Assembly (NCBI GenBank): GCA_051859245.1
Contig: JBHYGA010000008.1
Coordinates: 1-64,000 of the forward strand
Origin: Gemmatimonadaceae bacterium
GTDB taxonomy: Bacteria; Gemmatimonadota; Gemmatimonadetes; Gemmatimonadales; Gemmatimonadaceae
Direction: 5' to 3'
Length of the DNA: 64,000 nucleotides
The translations under genes and the position numbers were made by a program. The stretch's first letter is position 1. Each line of letters starts with the position of its first letter. The notes beneath the pieces were generated by a model that saw only the letters and a program-made list of their open reading frames with translations, was not told where the DNA came from and did not search any database. Shown piece by piece: positions 37,846-49,430 of this stretch.

Positions 37846-38400
37846 TCAGGCCTCAGACTCGGCCAGCAGTTGCGCGATGAACTTACGGTTGCTTTCTGAG
37901 TTCCAGTCGTCCGGGCCGATCCACTTGCGACGCACCGTGCCCGACTTGTCGATCACGTACGTTTCTGGCACAGCACGATACGGATACACGGCGCGAAACA
38001 GCTCTTCGCGATCGTGCAACACGTCAAACGTCAGTGAGAACTCCTTCACAAAATCGCGAATTGCTTTGTCCATATCGCGGTTGTCGACACTTACGGCAAC
38101 GACCGCGAGTCCCTGACCATCGAACGCTTTGTGCAGCTGTTCCATGCTTGGCATTTCTTCACGGCATGGGCCGCACCACGTGGCCCAGATATTGAGCAGC
38201 ACCACCTTGCCACGGTAGTCGCTCAACGTTTTGAGCGAGCCGTCGGTACGACTCATATCGATCGCGTTGAATCCCGGCGCTTGCGAGCCAATGCCCACGT
38301 GGAACGACTCTTCGTGCATCATGCGCGAGCCCACAAACAACCCCACGGCCAGCACAGCCACGATCCCCGCTACCGCCATCCACTGTTGTTTCACCGTCAT
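37846..38400 (-). CDS. TlpA/ResA-family thiol-disulfide oxidoreductase
   Basis: LNIWATWCGPCREEMP and VPETYVID; start MTVKQQW overlaps the rpe stop. Confidence 0.9.
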   Translation of the reverse strand: MTVKQQWMAVAGIVAVLAVGLFVGSRMMHEESFHVGIGSQAPGFNAIDMSRTDGSLKTLSDYRGKVVLLNIWATWCGPCREEMPSMEQLHKAFDGQGLAVVAVSVDNRDMDKAIRDFVKEFSLTFDVLHDREELFRAVYPYRAVPETYVIDKSGTVRRKWIGPDDWNSESNRKFIAQLLAESEA

Positions 38401-39062
38401 ACCGAAACTCCGCACAGTGCGCGCAACGCACCGATCTCCGCGGTTGGATTGGCTGCGGTGAACACGGCGTTCCCCGCAACGAATGTGTCTGCACCGGCGC
38501 GCCAGCAACGCGTGATCGTCTCACGACTCACGCCGCCATCAATCTCAAGTACGGCGCGTGAGCCGGTGGCCACGAGCATCTGCTTGGCGCGCGCAATTTT
38601 GTCGACCGTGTACTCAATAAACTTTTGCCCGCCGTAACCTGGATTCACAGTCATGATGAGCAGCAGATCCAGCTCGGCGGCCACCTCGCGCACCTGTTCG
38701 AGCGGCGTAGCCGGATTCAACGCTACACCAGCCATGCAGCCAAGTTCGCGAATGCGCGCCAACTGCCGATCCAGATGCGGCGCGGCCTCGGCATGCACGG
38801 TGAGTACATTGGCGCCGGCCTTGGCATAATCATCGAAGTAGCGCTCTGGCTCCACGACCATCAGATGCACATCAATCGGCAATGATGTGCATCGACGCAC
38901 GGTTTCGATCACCTTGGCGCCAAACGTGAGGTTCGGGACAAAGCGCCCGTCCATCACGTCAACGTGAATCCAGTCGGCACCGCCGGCTTCACACATGGCC
39001 AGGTCATCAGCGAGACGTGCAAAGTCGGCCGATAGGATAGACGGAGCAATACGTACGGTCAT
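38397..39062 (-). CDS. rpe: Ribulose-phosphate 3-epimerase
   Basis: IAPSILSADF, HVDVMDG.FVPN, DVHLM, MTVNPGYGGQ and EIDGG. Confidence 0.95.
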   Translation of the reverse strand: MTVRIAPSILSADFARLADDLAMCEAGGADWIHVDVMDGRFVPNLTFGAKVIETVRRCTSLPIDVHLMVVEPERYFDDYAKAGANVLTVHAEAAPHLDRQLARIRELGCMAGVALNPATPLEQVREVAAELDLLLIMTVNPGYGGQKFIEYTVDKIARAKQMLVATGSRAVLEIDGGVSRETITRCWRAGADTFVAGNAVFTAANPTAEIGALRALCGVSV

Positions 39063-39649
39063 GGAAGCGTGTCGGCGCGCATGGTGTCAATGCGCGTGGT
39101 GTCAATGCGCGTGGTGTCAATGCGCATGGTGTCGGGCGGCATGGTGTCAATCGTCATTGGATTGATCGAACGACGACGGTCCGCGAGAATCAAATTCACC
39201 GTTGCGGGCAACTGCACGCGCTCGCCGGGAACGGGAAACGTTTCAAGCACGGTGCCGGTGCGCTCGTCTGATTCACGAAACATGATATCGCCGAGGGTAA
39301 AACCGGCGCGTTCCAGCAAGCGCCGTGCGTCACCTTCCACACGGCCAAGCAGATCGGGTACCACAGCAACGGGCGTGCTCGAGACTTCCACCCCTTCGCC
39401 GCGTCGCGCGGTCTGCGCAGACCCAGCGCGCATGCCGTCTGCTCGAGGGCCGCTGAACGTTTTGCGCGGTGCCGGTTCGTCGATTACCTCGTCTACGACT
39501 TCCGGAATCGGCGTGCGCGAATCTCCTTCAAGAATTCGCAGCGACACAAACCCGCTGGCTGCTCCGAAGATCAGCCCCGCTCCAAGCGCGATGCCGGCGC
39601 GAGAGAGCCAGAGCTTCGTGAGTGGAGACATTTTCTTGTTGGTGCTCAC
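39059..39649 (-). CDS. Membrane-anchored PASTA-domain protein
   Basis: TM helix, VPDLLG...ARRLLERAGF and GTVLETFPVPG; C-terminal DT(T/M)RI repeats. Confidence 0.75.
   Translation of the reverse strand: MSTNKKMSPLTKLWLSRAGIALGAGLIFGAASGFVSLRILEGDSRTPIPEVVDEVIDEPAPRKTFSGPRADGMRAGSAQTARRGEGVEVSSTPVAVVPDLLGRVEGDARRLLERAGFTLGDIMFRESDERTGTVLETFPVPGERVQLPATVNLILADRRRSINPMTIDTMPPDTMRIDTTRIDTTRIDTMRADTLP
39076..39152. repeat. 15-bp in-frame tandem repeat (about 5 copies) encoding DT(T/M)RI
   Basis: (a/g)tggtgtcaatgcgc x3 plus degenerate copies. Confidence 0.85.
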
Positions 39650-41082
39650 GAGTTCTCCCGACGGCGCAGGCGTGCGGCAAACGCACCGTCTGCACCATGA
39701 AGATGTGGCAGGACGCGCAACCGACCATTGTCGAGCACGGTGTCTGGCACTGAACCCTCTGGAGGCGGCTCAAGCACAAACTCGGGGTGTTCCGCGAGAA
39801 ACGCGTCAACCGGCGCGTCATTCTCTTCCGGCTCAAGTGAGCACGTGGAATAAATGAGCAATCCACCAGGGCGCACACACTGTGCCGCTGACCGCAGAAT
39901 CTCGCGCTGAATGTTGCTCATCACCGCGAGATCCGATGTCTTGAGGCGCCAGCGTGCATCGGGATGACGACGGAACGTACCGGTTCCAGTGCACGGCACG
40001 TCGAGCAACAGCGCGTCCATATCGCGCAGCGCCGGTTCACGCGCATCACCCACGTACGCCACAATGTTTTCTACGTCGAGTCGACCAAGGCCGAGCAACA
40101 GGCGCTCCAGTCGGCCCGGCACACGATCGGCTGCAATCACCAGCTTTGCCACGCGTGACAGTTCCAGCGATTTGCCACCGGGCGCCGCACACAAATCGGC
40201 CACAATGCTTCCGGGCGCAATCGCCGCGTACCGCGTGACCAACGTGGCCGCGGGATCCTGCACAAACAGCAGCCCCTGCTTGAACGCACCGAGTTCGGTG
40301 AGCTGCACGCCGTGACCGAGCACGAGTGAGTCACTCACAAGCGGTGCATCGGACACGGTGACCCCTGCGCCTTCGAGCATGGCCTCGAGCTGCTCACGCA
40401 CCACGCCAAACGGGCGCAAAACGATCGGCGCCTCGTGGTTGTTTGCTTCAAGCAATTTTTCCGTGTCCGCCAAGCCGAATCGTGCGACCCAACGCGCAAC
40501 CATCCACCGCGGATGCGACGCGCGCTGTGCCAGCGCGTCAATCGGATCAGTGGGCGGAATCGGTTGCAGCGCGTCACGTTCGCGATCCACACGACGCAGC
40601 ACCGCGTTCACCAGCTTGCTCGCACCAATGCCGTGTCGCTGTTTGGCGAGTTCAACCGTTTGTGCGATGGCCGCATACGGCGGCACACTGCCCATGTTGA
40701 GCAGTTGATACGCACCAAGTCGCAGCAGATCGGCCACGTCGCCATCGAGGCGCGCCAGACCACCGCGCACACGCGCGCCGAGGATGGCGTCAAACCAGCT
40801 GCGTTTGCGCAGTGTGCCCCAGACCAGCTCCTGCACCCAGCGGCGATCGCGCGCGTCGAGCGGACCGGCGTGACGGTCAAAAGCGGGATCAAGCAGCTGG
40901 CCACTGCGGATTTCCGCGAGAATGGCCGCCGCGGCTATGCGCGATTCGGTGATCGACGCGGTCTTGCCCCGCGGACCACGATACAGTTTGCGCACGCGAT
41001 CAACCGAGTTGCCCTCGGGCTCGCGCGCGTCCACCCCTACATCGGGACCGAAGTCCCCGTCAGATTCCCCCACCGGCGTCAT
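39646..41082 (-). CDS. rsmB: 16S rRNA m5C967 methyltransferase RsmB
   Basis: NusB-like N-terminal domain, VQD, DLCAAPGGK, DVPCTGTG.FRRHPD and YSTCSLEPEEN; start uncertain. Confidence 0.92.
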   Translation of the reverse strand: MTPVGESDGDFGPDVGVDAREPEGNSVDRVRKLYRGPRGKTASITESRIAAAAILAEIRSGQLLDPAFDRHAGPLDARDRRWVQELVWGTLRKRSWFDAILGARVRGGLARLDGDVADLLRLGAYQLLNMGSVPPYAAIAQTVELAKQRHGIGASKLVNAVLRRVDRERDALQPIPPTDPIDALAQRASHPRWMVARWVARFGLADTEKLLEANNHEAPIVLRPFGVVREQLEAMLEGAGVTVSDAPLVSDSLVLGHGVQLTELGAFKQGLLFVQDPAATLVTRYAAIAPGSIVADLCAAPGGKSLELSRVAKLVIAADRVPGRLERLLLGLGRLDVENIVAYVGDAREPALRDMDALLLDVPCTGTGTFRRHPDARWRLKTSDLAVMSNIQREILRSAAQCVRPGGLLIYSTCSLEPEENDAPVDAFLAEHPEFVLEPPPEGSVPDTVLDNGRLRVLPHLHGADGAFAARLRRRENS

Positions 41083-42070
41083 GGGAGGAAAGATAGCCGG
41101 TTCCCTCTGAATCGTCGAAGCGGTCGCCAATCCTCACGCCGCGGCCGCGCATCCAGTCGAGCGGCGCGAGGCGGCCCTTGCCTGCCGGCTGCACCTGCGA
41201 GATACGCACCGCGCCCGAGCCACAGCGCACCACGAGCCCTTCGGCGTCAACGGATCGGATGGTACCCGGACGGCTGGCCAGCAGCGCATCGTCGGTGATA
41301 TCCGCGTCGGTCTCGGCGATAACCCGCACGCCGAAACACTTCACGGACTGTCCGTGCAGCACGGTGTGCGCGCCGGGCCGGGGATCAAAGGCGCGAATAA
41401 TGCGCGACACATTGATCGCGTCGCGATTGAAGTGCAGCTCGGCAGACGCGCGATCGATCTTGGCGGCGTACGTCGCTTGCGAGTCATCCTGCGCGATCTC
41501 CTGCGACGCACCCGCTTCGAGCAACGCCAGGGCCTGCACAATGCCGAGCGCGCCCAGCTCGGCGAGCTGATCGTGCAGCTCGCCGTAGGTAGTGTCGTTG
41601 TTGATCGGTGTACGGACCACGTGCAACATCGGGCCGGCGTCGAGCGCGAGCACCATGCGCATGATTGTCACGCCGGTTTCCGTGTGCCCTTCAAGAATCG
41701 ACGCCTGAATAGGCGCCGCACCGCGCAACCTGGGCAACAGCGACGCGTGAATGTTCAGCGTACCAAGCCGCGGCGCGTCGATCACCAGCTGCGAAAGAAT
41801 GTGCCCGTACGCCACCACCACACTCAGGTCGGGCGCGAGCGCGGCCATGTCACTCATGAAGGCGTCGCCGCGCGGTCGCTCCGGTTGCAACACCGGCAGT
41901 CCTTCTTGCAGTGCCGCCGCTTTCACCGGCGAGGGATCGAGTTGCGAACGCGAACGTCCGCGTGCGCGATCCGGTTGTGTCACCACACCCACCACATCAT
42001 GCCCCTCGCCTAGCAAGGCGAGCAGCGGGGGTACAGCAAAATCGGGAGTACCCCAGAACAAAATGCGCAT
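41060..42070 (-). CDS. fmt: Methionyl-tRNA formyltransferase
   Basis: MRILFWGTPDFA, VTQPDR, NIHASLLPRLRGAAPI and LDAGP. Confidence 0.95.
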   Translation of the reverse strand: MRILFWGTPDFAVPPLLALLGEGHDVVGVVTQPDRARGRSRSQLDPSPVKAAALQEGLPVLQPERPRGDAFMSDMAALAPDLSVVVAYGHILSQLVIDAPRLGTLNIHASLLPRLRGAAPIQASILEGHTETGVTIMRMVLALDAGPMLHVVRTPINNDTTYGELHDQLAELGALGIVQALALLEAGASQEIAQDDSQATYAAKIDRASAELHFNRDAINVSRIIRAFDPRPGAHTVLHGQSVKCFGVRVIAETDADITDDALLASRPGTIRSVDAEGLVVRCGSGAVRISQVQPAGKGRLAPLDWMRGRGVRIGDRFDDSEGTGYLSSHDAGGGI

Positions 42071-42074
42071 GATG

Positions 42075-42614
42075 TCAGGCTTCGGGCGGCAGGTCTTCCA
42101 CAGGCAATACACGCAGCAACTTCGGGTACTGCACTTTTTCTTCTTCCCATGTGCGCATGGCCGCTCTGCGTTTGAGTAACGACAGGCGATCAAGAAACAG
42201 TTTGCCGTGCAGGTGATCAATCTCGTGCTGCAGGCACACGGCTAACAACTCCGTACCGGTGACTTCGATCACCTTTCCGTCAATATCAAGCGCGCGCACC
42301 GTGACTTCGGCCGAACGATCGACCTCGGCAAACACTTCCGGAATGGAGAGACAGCCTTCTTCCCATCGAATCTTGCCTTCGCGCCGGATGATTTCCGGAT
42401 TAAAGAGCGCGAATCGCTGATCATCCACACCTACCACCGTCAAACGCTCAAGACGTCCAACCTGTGGCGCGGCCAGGCCAACACCTTTGGCCGCGTCCAT
42501 GGTGTCGAGCATATCGTCCGCCAGTCGCCGAAGTTCCGGCGTGATGTGCGTGACGAGTTCGGTCTCCTGCCGAAGAATCGGCGAGCCGAGTACGTGAATG
42601 TCGAGGCGTGCCAC
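42075..42614 (-). CDS. def: Peptide deformylase
   Basis: GVGLAAPQ, EGCLS and QHEIDHL. Confidence 0.97.
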   Translation of the reverse strand: MARLDIHVLGSPILRQETELVTHITPELRRLADDMLDTMDAAKGVGLAAPQVGRLERLTVVGVDDQRFALFNPEIIRREGKIRWEEGCLSIPEVFAEVDRSAEVTVRALDIDGKVIEVTGTELLAVCLQHEIDHLHGKLFLDRLSLLKRRAAMRTWEEEKVQYPKLLRVLPVEDLPPEA

Positions 42615-42620
42615 TGCCGA

Positions 42621-45183
<2,563 letters not shown>

Positions 45184-45246
45184 GGGCGGGAAAGTAATGT
45201 CCAACACGGAATTCAGAACGGCGTGAGGCAAAAAAATCGCGCGCCG

Positions 45247-46275
45247 TTACAGCAGTTCACCTTGATCGCTGCGAACGCGCGGCGGTTCATAACCCAGATG
45301 CCGGTACGCGTGCGCGGTGGCCATGCGTCCTCGTGGCGTGCGTTGCAGAAATCCCTGCTGCACCAGGAAAGGTTCGTACACGTCTTCAATGGTGCCCGCG
45401 TCTTCGGCAACGGCGGCCGCGATGGTGCTCAGTCCAACCGGACCACCATCGAATTTTTCAATGATCACGCGCAAGAGCCGCGCATCCATATCGTCGAGTC
45501 CGAACTGATCCACGTCAAGCAGTTCCAGGGCGGCGTCGGCCACGGCCCGATCAATCGAGCCATTGGCACGCACCTGCGCGTAGTCACGCACGCGGCGCAG
45601 CAGCCGGTTGGCTACGCGCGGTGTGCCTCTCGACCGCCGCGCGATTTCGTGCGCGCCGTCGTCACTAATTTCCACGCGCAGCACCTCGGCCGTGCGGCGC
45701 ACGATGATCTCCAGCTCCGACTCCGGATAGAACGCGAGCTGATGCACCAGTCCGAATCGCGCCCGCAGCGGCGGTGTGAGCATGCCGAGCCGCGTGGTGG
45801 CGCCAACGAGCGTGAACTTCTCAATCGGCATGGTGATGCTTTGCGCCTTCGGGCCTTCCGAAAGCCGGATGTCAATCTTGTAGTCTTCCATGGCCGGATA
45901 GAGGTACTCCTCGATCACCGGGCGCAGGCGATGGATCTCGTCAATAAAGAGCAGATCCCCTTCGCGCATGTTCGTCAGCGTCCCCACCAGGTCGCCGGGC
46001 TTTTCGAGCGCCGGACCAGACGTGGTGTGAATGTTCACACCCATTTCGCGCGCCATCAGTTCGGCGAGGGTGGTCTTACCGAGTCCCGGTGGGCCAAAAA
46101 AGAGCGTGTGGTCAATCGGTTCGCGACGGCCGCGCGCAGCGTCGATCGCGATGGACAGACTTTCCTTGACCTTGCCCTGCCCAATGAACTCGGCCAGCCG
46201 CTGCGGGCGGAGCGAGAGCTCAACCACGCTTTCATCGATCAGGGCTTCGGGGGTGGTGATCTCGGGGCGGGCCAT
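45247..46275 (-). CDS. ruvB: Holliday junction branch migration ATPase RuvB
   Basis: [32 protein letters not shown] and RTPRGR. Confidence 0.97.
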   Translation of the reverse strand: MARPEITTPEALIDESVVELSLRPQRLAEFIGQGKVKESLSIAIDAARGRREPIDHTLFFGPPGLGKTTLAELMAREMGVNIHTTSGPALEKPGDLVGTLTNMREGDLLFIDEIHRLRPVIEEYLYPAMEDYKIDIRLSEGPKAQSITMPIEKFTLVGATTRLGMLTPPLRARFGLVHQLAFYPESELEIIVRRTAEVLRVEISDDGAHEIARRSRGTPRVANRLLRRVRDYAQVRANGSIDRAVADAALELLDVDQFGLDDMDARLLRVIIEKFDGGPVGLSTIAAAVAEDAGTIEDVYEPFLVQQGFLQRTPRGRMATAHAYRHLGYEPPRVRSDQGELL

Positions 46276-46428
46276 CGCGGGCGGCGGAAGGCGGAACTGA
46301 GGAACGACTTACGCGGGTTGGGGAATATAGATGAAGACCGAGCGTTGGGCTCAGCATTCGGGCCGGATTTGCGTAGTATTCAGTAGCACTGGCTGCAGGT
46401 CGGCCAATTCCTCGCACCCCATACGACC

Positions 46429-47040
46429 ATGCTTCGTCGCCTGTTTACGCGTGACGCTGCCTTCACACGGCGCGCACTGTTGCTGACGCTCTCTTCGACA
46501 CTTGCTGTTACGGCGTTCGTTTCTCCGGCTGATGCGCGCCCCGACGCGCCGCGCGTCCATCACAACGGCGGCGCCATTTATGTGCCGCAGCTGTGGGAAG
46601 CGCCGTTGTATCACGCGCCGATTCGCATGCAGGCCGCGAAGATGGCCGCGCGGGCTGAAATGGGCGCCGATGCACCTCCCATCGATTGGCGGGTGTTGGC
46701 GGGGCTCGACTACCTCACCGGTAAGGCCACCGACACGCTCAAGGCGCTGAACGGCAAGGAAGTGCGCATTCCGGGCTTTGTAGTCCCTCTCGACGACTTC
46801 ATGGAAGACGGCGCCGAGTTCCTGCTCGTGCCGTACTACGGCGCGTGCGTGCACACCCCGCCGCCGCCGCCCAATCAGATCATCTTTGTGCAGATGGCCG
46901 GCAAGAAAGCGGTGAAGCTCACGCTGTTTGACGCGGTCTGGATGCACGGCAAAATCAAGATTGCCACGGTGGAAAGCCCGTACGGTACGGTCGGCTTCAC
47001 GCTCGACGGCACCAAAATGGAACCGTACAGCTCGCGATGA
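46429..47040 (+). CDS. DUF3299-family exported protein (ZrgD-like)
   Basis: LNGKEVRIPGFVVPLD...EFLLVPYYGACVHTPPPPPNQ; signal peptide with possible Tat motif TRRALL. Confidence 0.85.
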   Translation: MLRRLFTRDAAFTRRALLLTLSSTLAVTAFVSPADARPDAPRVHHNGGAIYVPQLWEAPLYHAPIRMQAAKMAARAEMGADAPPIDWRVLAGLDYLTGKATDTLKALNGKEVRIPGFVVPLDDFMEDGAEFLLVPYYGACVHTPPPPPNQIIFVQMAGKKAVKLTLFDAVWMHGKIKIATVESPYGTVGFTLDGTKMEPYSSR

Positions 47041-47753
47041 TGTCAAACGCGGCCCCTCCGGCCGTCGCACTCTCGAACGTTCGGTTCGCCTATCGCCCGG
47101 GTCGTGATGTTGTGTCAATCGACACGCTCACAATTGAACGCGGCGAGACAGTGTTCCTTCACGGGCCGAGCGGCAGTGGTAAAACCACGCTGCTCGGCCT
47201 GTTGGCTGGTGTGCTCACCGCCACGTCGGGATCGGTGCGTATTCTTGGCCAGGATCTGACCCCCATGTCGAGCGGCGCGCGCGATGCGTTTCGTGCGCAG
47301 CACCTGGGCTATGTGTTTCAGCAGTTCAACCTGATTCCGTATTTGTCGGTGCGGGAGAACATTCTGCTGCCTGTGCGGCTTGATAGCGCGCGCCGTGCGA
47401 AGCTTGGTGGGACGGATCCGGTAAAGGCGGCGGAATCGTTGGCGTCGGACCTCGATATTGCGTCGGCGTTAGGCTCGCCGGTCACGGAGTTGTCGGTCGG
47501 ACAGCAGCAGCGCGTAGCTGTGGCGCGGGCGCTTATCGGTTCACCGGAAGTGGTGATTTGTGACGAGCCCACATCGGCATTGGATTCCGATCGCCGTGAG
47601 CGTTTCCTGCAGTTGCTCTTTGCGTCGTGTCAGAAGGCCGGCACCACGTTGGTATTTGTGAGCCATGATTTTTCGCTGCAGCCGCTGTTCTCGCGTACGG
47701 TGGAGTTGCCCCAGATCAACAGCGCCAGCGCGCTGATTGCGAAGGAGAACTAG
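47037..47753 (+). CDS. ABC transporter ATP-binding protein (LolD/MacB-like)
   Basis: GPSGSGKT, LSVGQQQRVA, DEPT and SHD. Confidence 0.92.
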   Translation: MMSNAAPPAVALSNVRFAYRPGRDVVSIDTLTIERGETVFLHGPSGSGKTTLLGLLAGVLTATSGSVRILGQDLTPMSSGARDAFRAQHLGYVFQQFNLIPYLSVRENILLPVRLDSARRAKLGGTDPVKAAESLASDLDIASALGSPVTELSVGQQQRVAVARALIGSPEVVICDEPTSALDSDRRERFLQLLFASCQKAGTTLVFVSHDFSLQPLFSRTVELPQINSASALIAKEN

Positions 47754-47756
47754 CGC

Positions 47757-49307
47757 GTGGGCACGATTCTTCGGCTGGCCCTGCAGTCGCTGCGCAGTCG
47801 CGCGTTCACCTCGTCGCTCACCGTGGCGAGCATTGCGCTCAGCGTGACGTTGCTCGTGGGCATTGAACATGTGCGTAGCGGCGTGCGCGAAAGTTTTGCG
47901 GGCACCATTCGTGGTGTGGATCTCATCGTTGGTGCGCGCGGTGGATCGCTGCAGGTGTTGCTGTCCACGGTGTTTGGTATTGGTGCGTCGTCCACGGCGA
48001 TCAGCTACGAAACGTACGAGCGCTGGGCCGAACATCCGGCGGTGGCGTGGTCCATTCCGTTTGCGCTTGGCGACAGTCATCGCAGTTATCGCGTGATTGG
48101 CACCACGAACGAGTTTTACGAGCGGTATCGTTTTCGTGAAGACGGGCGCGTGACCTTTGCGGAGGGGCGTGCCGCGGAAACGGATACCGATGTGGTACTT
48201 GGTGCCGAAGTCGCGTCGCGTTTGGGTTACACGCTGGGTTCGCCGATCGTGGTGACGCACGGATTGCAGGGTGGCGGCATCGCGGACCACGAGGCGAATC
48301 CGTTTACGGTGGTGGGTATTTTGAACCGCACGTTCACGCCGATTGATCGCGCGATTTACGTGACGCTCGGTGGTATTGAAGCGATGCACGAGGATTTTGA
48401 GCAGGCGCCGAGTGCGGCGCCTGTGGTGCCGCCGGCGGGGACGCCGAGCATGCCGGGGGCGACGCCGCCGGTGATGCCGGGTGCGGAGCCGCCGCCGGTG
48501 ATGCCTGGCGCTACGCCGCCTGCAATGCCGGGATACGAGCCCCCGCCGGGCACGCCAACCATGCCGGGTGCGACGCCGCCGGTCATGCCGGGTGCAACGC
48601 CGCCGGTCATGCCGGGATATGAGCCGCCACCGGGCACGCCCACGATGCCCGGTGCGCAGCCGCCGGTAGCCTCAGAAGCGCGTCCGACGGCGTCGGTGTC
48701 GAGCGATTCGGCGCCGGCGGCCGACGACGACCACGCCGACCACGATCACGAAGCCGAACAGGTCTCGTCGTTCATGGTGGGGACGAAGAACCGATTCGAG
48801 GCGCTGCAGCTGCAGCGCGAAATGAACACGGATCTGGTGGAGCCAGTCACGGCCATCATTCCCGGCGTCGCACTCGGCGAACTGTGGCAGAACATTTCCA
48901 GCGCCGAAGTCGGCCTGCGCATTGTGGCCATGTTTGCGGTGGCGATTGGCCTCACGGGTATGCTGGTAGCGCTGTACAGCTCACTCGACGCGCGTCGCCG
49001 CGAAATGGCGATTCTGCGCGCGGTTGGCGCGGGTCCGCGCACCATTGTGTCGTTGCTCGTGATTGAATCCGCATTGCTGGCGTTTGTTGGCTGCGTGCTT
49101 GGTGTGTTGTTCGTCTATGCGATTCTCACGCTGGGGCAAGGCGCAATCGAAGCGCGTTCCGGTGTGCATCTTGCGATTCGCGCACTCGGCGCCACTGAGT
49201 GGAAGTATCTCGCGCTCGTGCTTGGCGCCGGCACGCTGATTGGTTTTGTGCCGGCGATCAAGGCGTATCGTATGTCGCTCACGGATGGCTTGAGTCCGCG
49301 CGCCTGA
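47757..49307 (+). CDS. FtsX/MacB-family ABC permease (ZrgC-like) with a Met/Pro-rich insertion
   Basis: DLIVGARGG.LQ.LL..VF, LGDSHRSYRVIGT, THG...DH...PF, RRREMAILRAVGA and IPGVALGELW. Confidence 0.85.
   Translation: MGTILRLALQSLRSRAFTSSLTVASIALSVTLLVGIEHVRSGVRESFAGTIRGVDLIVGARGGSLQVLLSTVFGIGASSTAISYETYERWAEHPAVAWSIPFALGDSHRSYRVIGTTNEFYERYRFREDGRVTFAEGRAAETDTDVVLGAEVASRLGYTLGSPIVVTHGLQGGGIADHEANPFTVVGILNRTFTPIDRAIYVTLGGIEAMHEDFEQAPSAAPVVPPAGTPSMPGATPPVMPGAEPPPVMPGATPPAMPGYEPPPGTPTMPGATPPVMPGATPPVMPGYEPPPGTPTMPGAQPPVASEARPTASVSSDSAPAADDDHADHDHEAEQVSSFMVGTKNRFEALQLQREMNTDLVEPVTAIIPGVALGELWQNISSAEVGLRIVAMFAVAIGLTGMLVALYSSLDARRREMAILRAVGAGPRTIVSLLVIESALLAFVGCVLGVLFVYAILTLGQGAIEARSGVHLAIRALGATEWKYLALVLGAGTLIGFVPAIKAYRMSLTDGLSPRA
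48450..48668 (+). repeat. Eight MPG-initiated coding repeats (MPGATPPV / MPGYEPPPGTPT)
   Basis: Visible in both DNA (atgccggg...ccgccg) and protein. Confidence 0.9.
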
Positions 49308-49430
49308 TTCGTGTCGCTCGCGTGGCAGGTGTGGCGATACATGCCGCGCACGCAGTTGAAGTAACCAACCCCGTGCGCGTCAGGTCGCGGAGAGACGCGC
49401 ACACTCTCCAGTTCCGCGCAGGAGTTTTAC

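Noticed and set aside
48450..48668. Regular repeats that could suggest a CRISPR array
   Set aside because: In-frame coding repeats with synonymous variation, no unique spacers and no cas genes.
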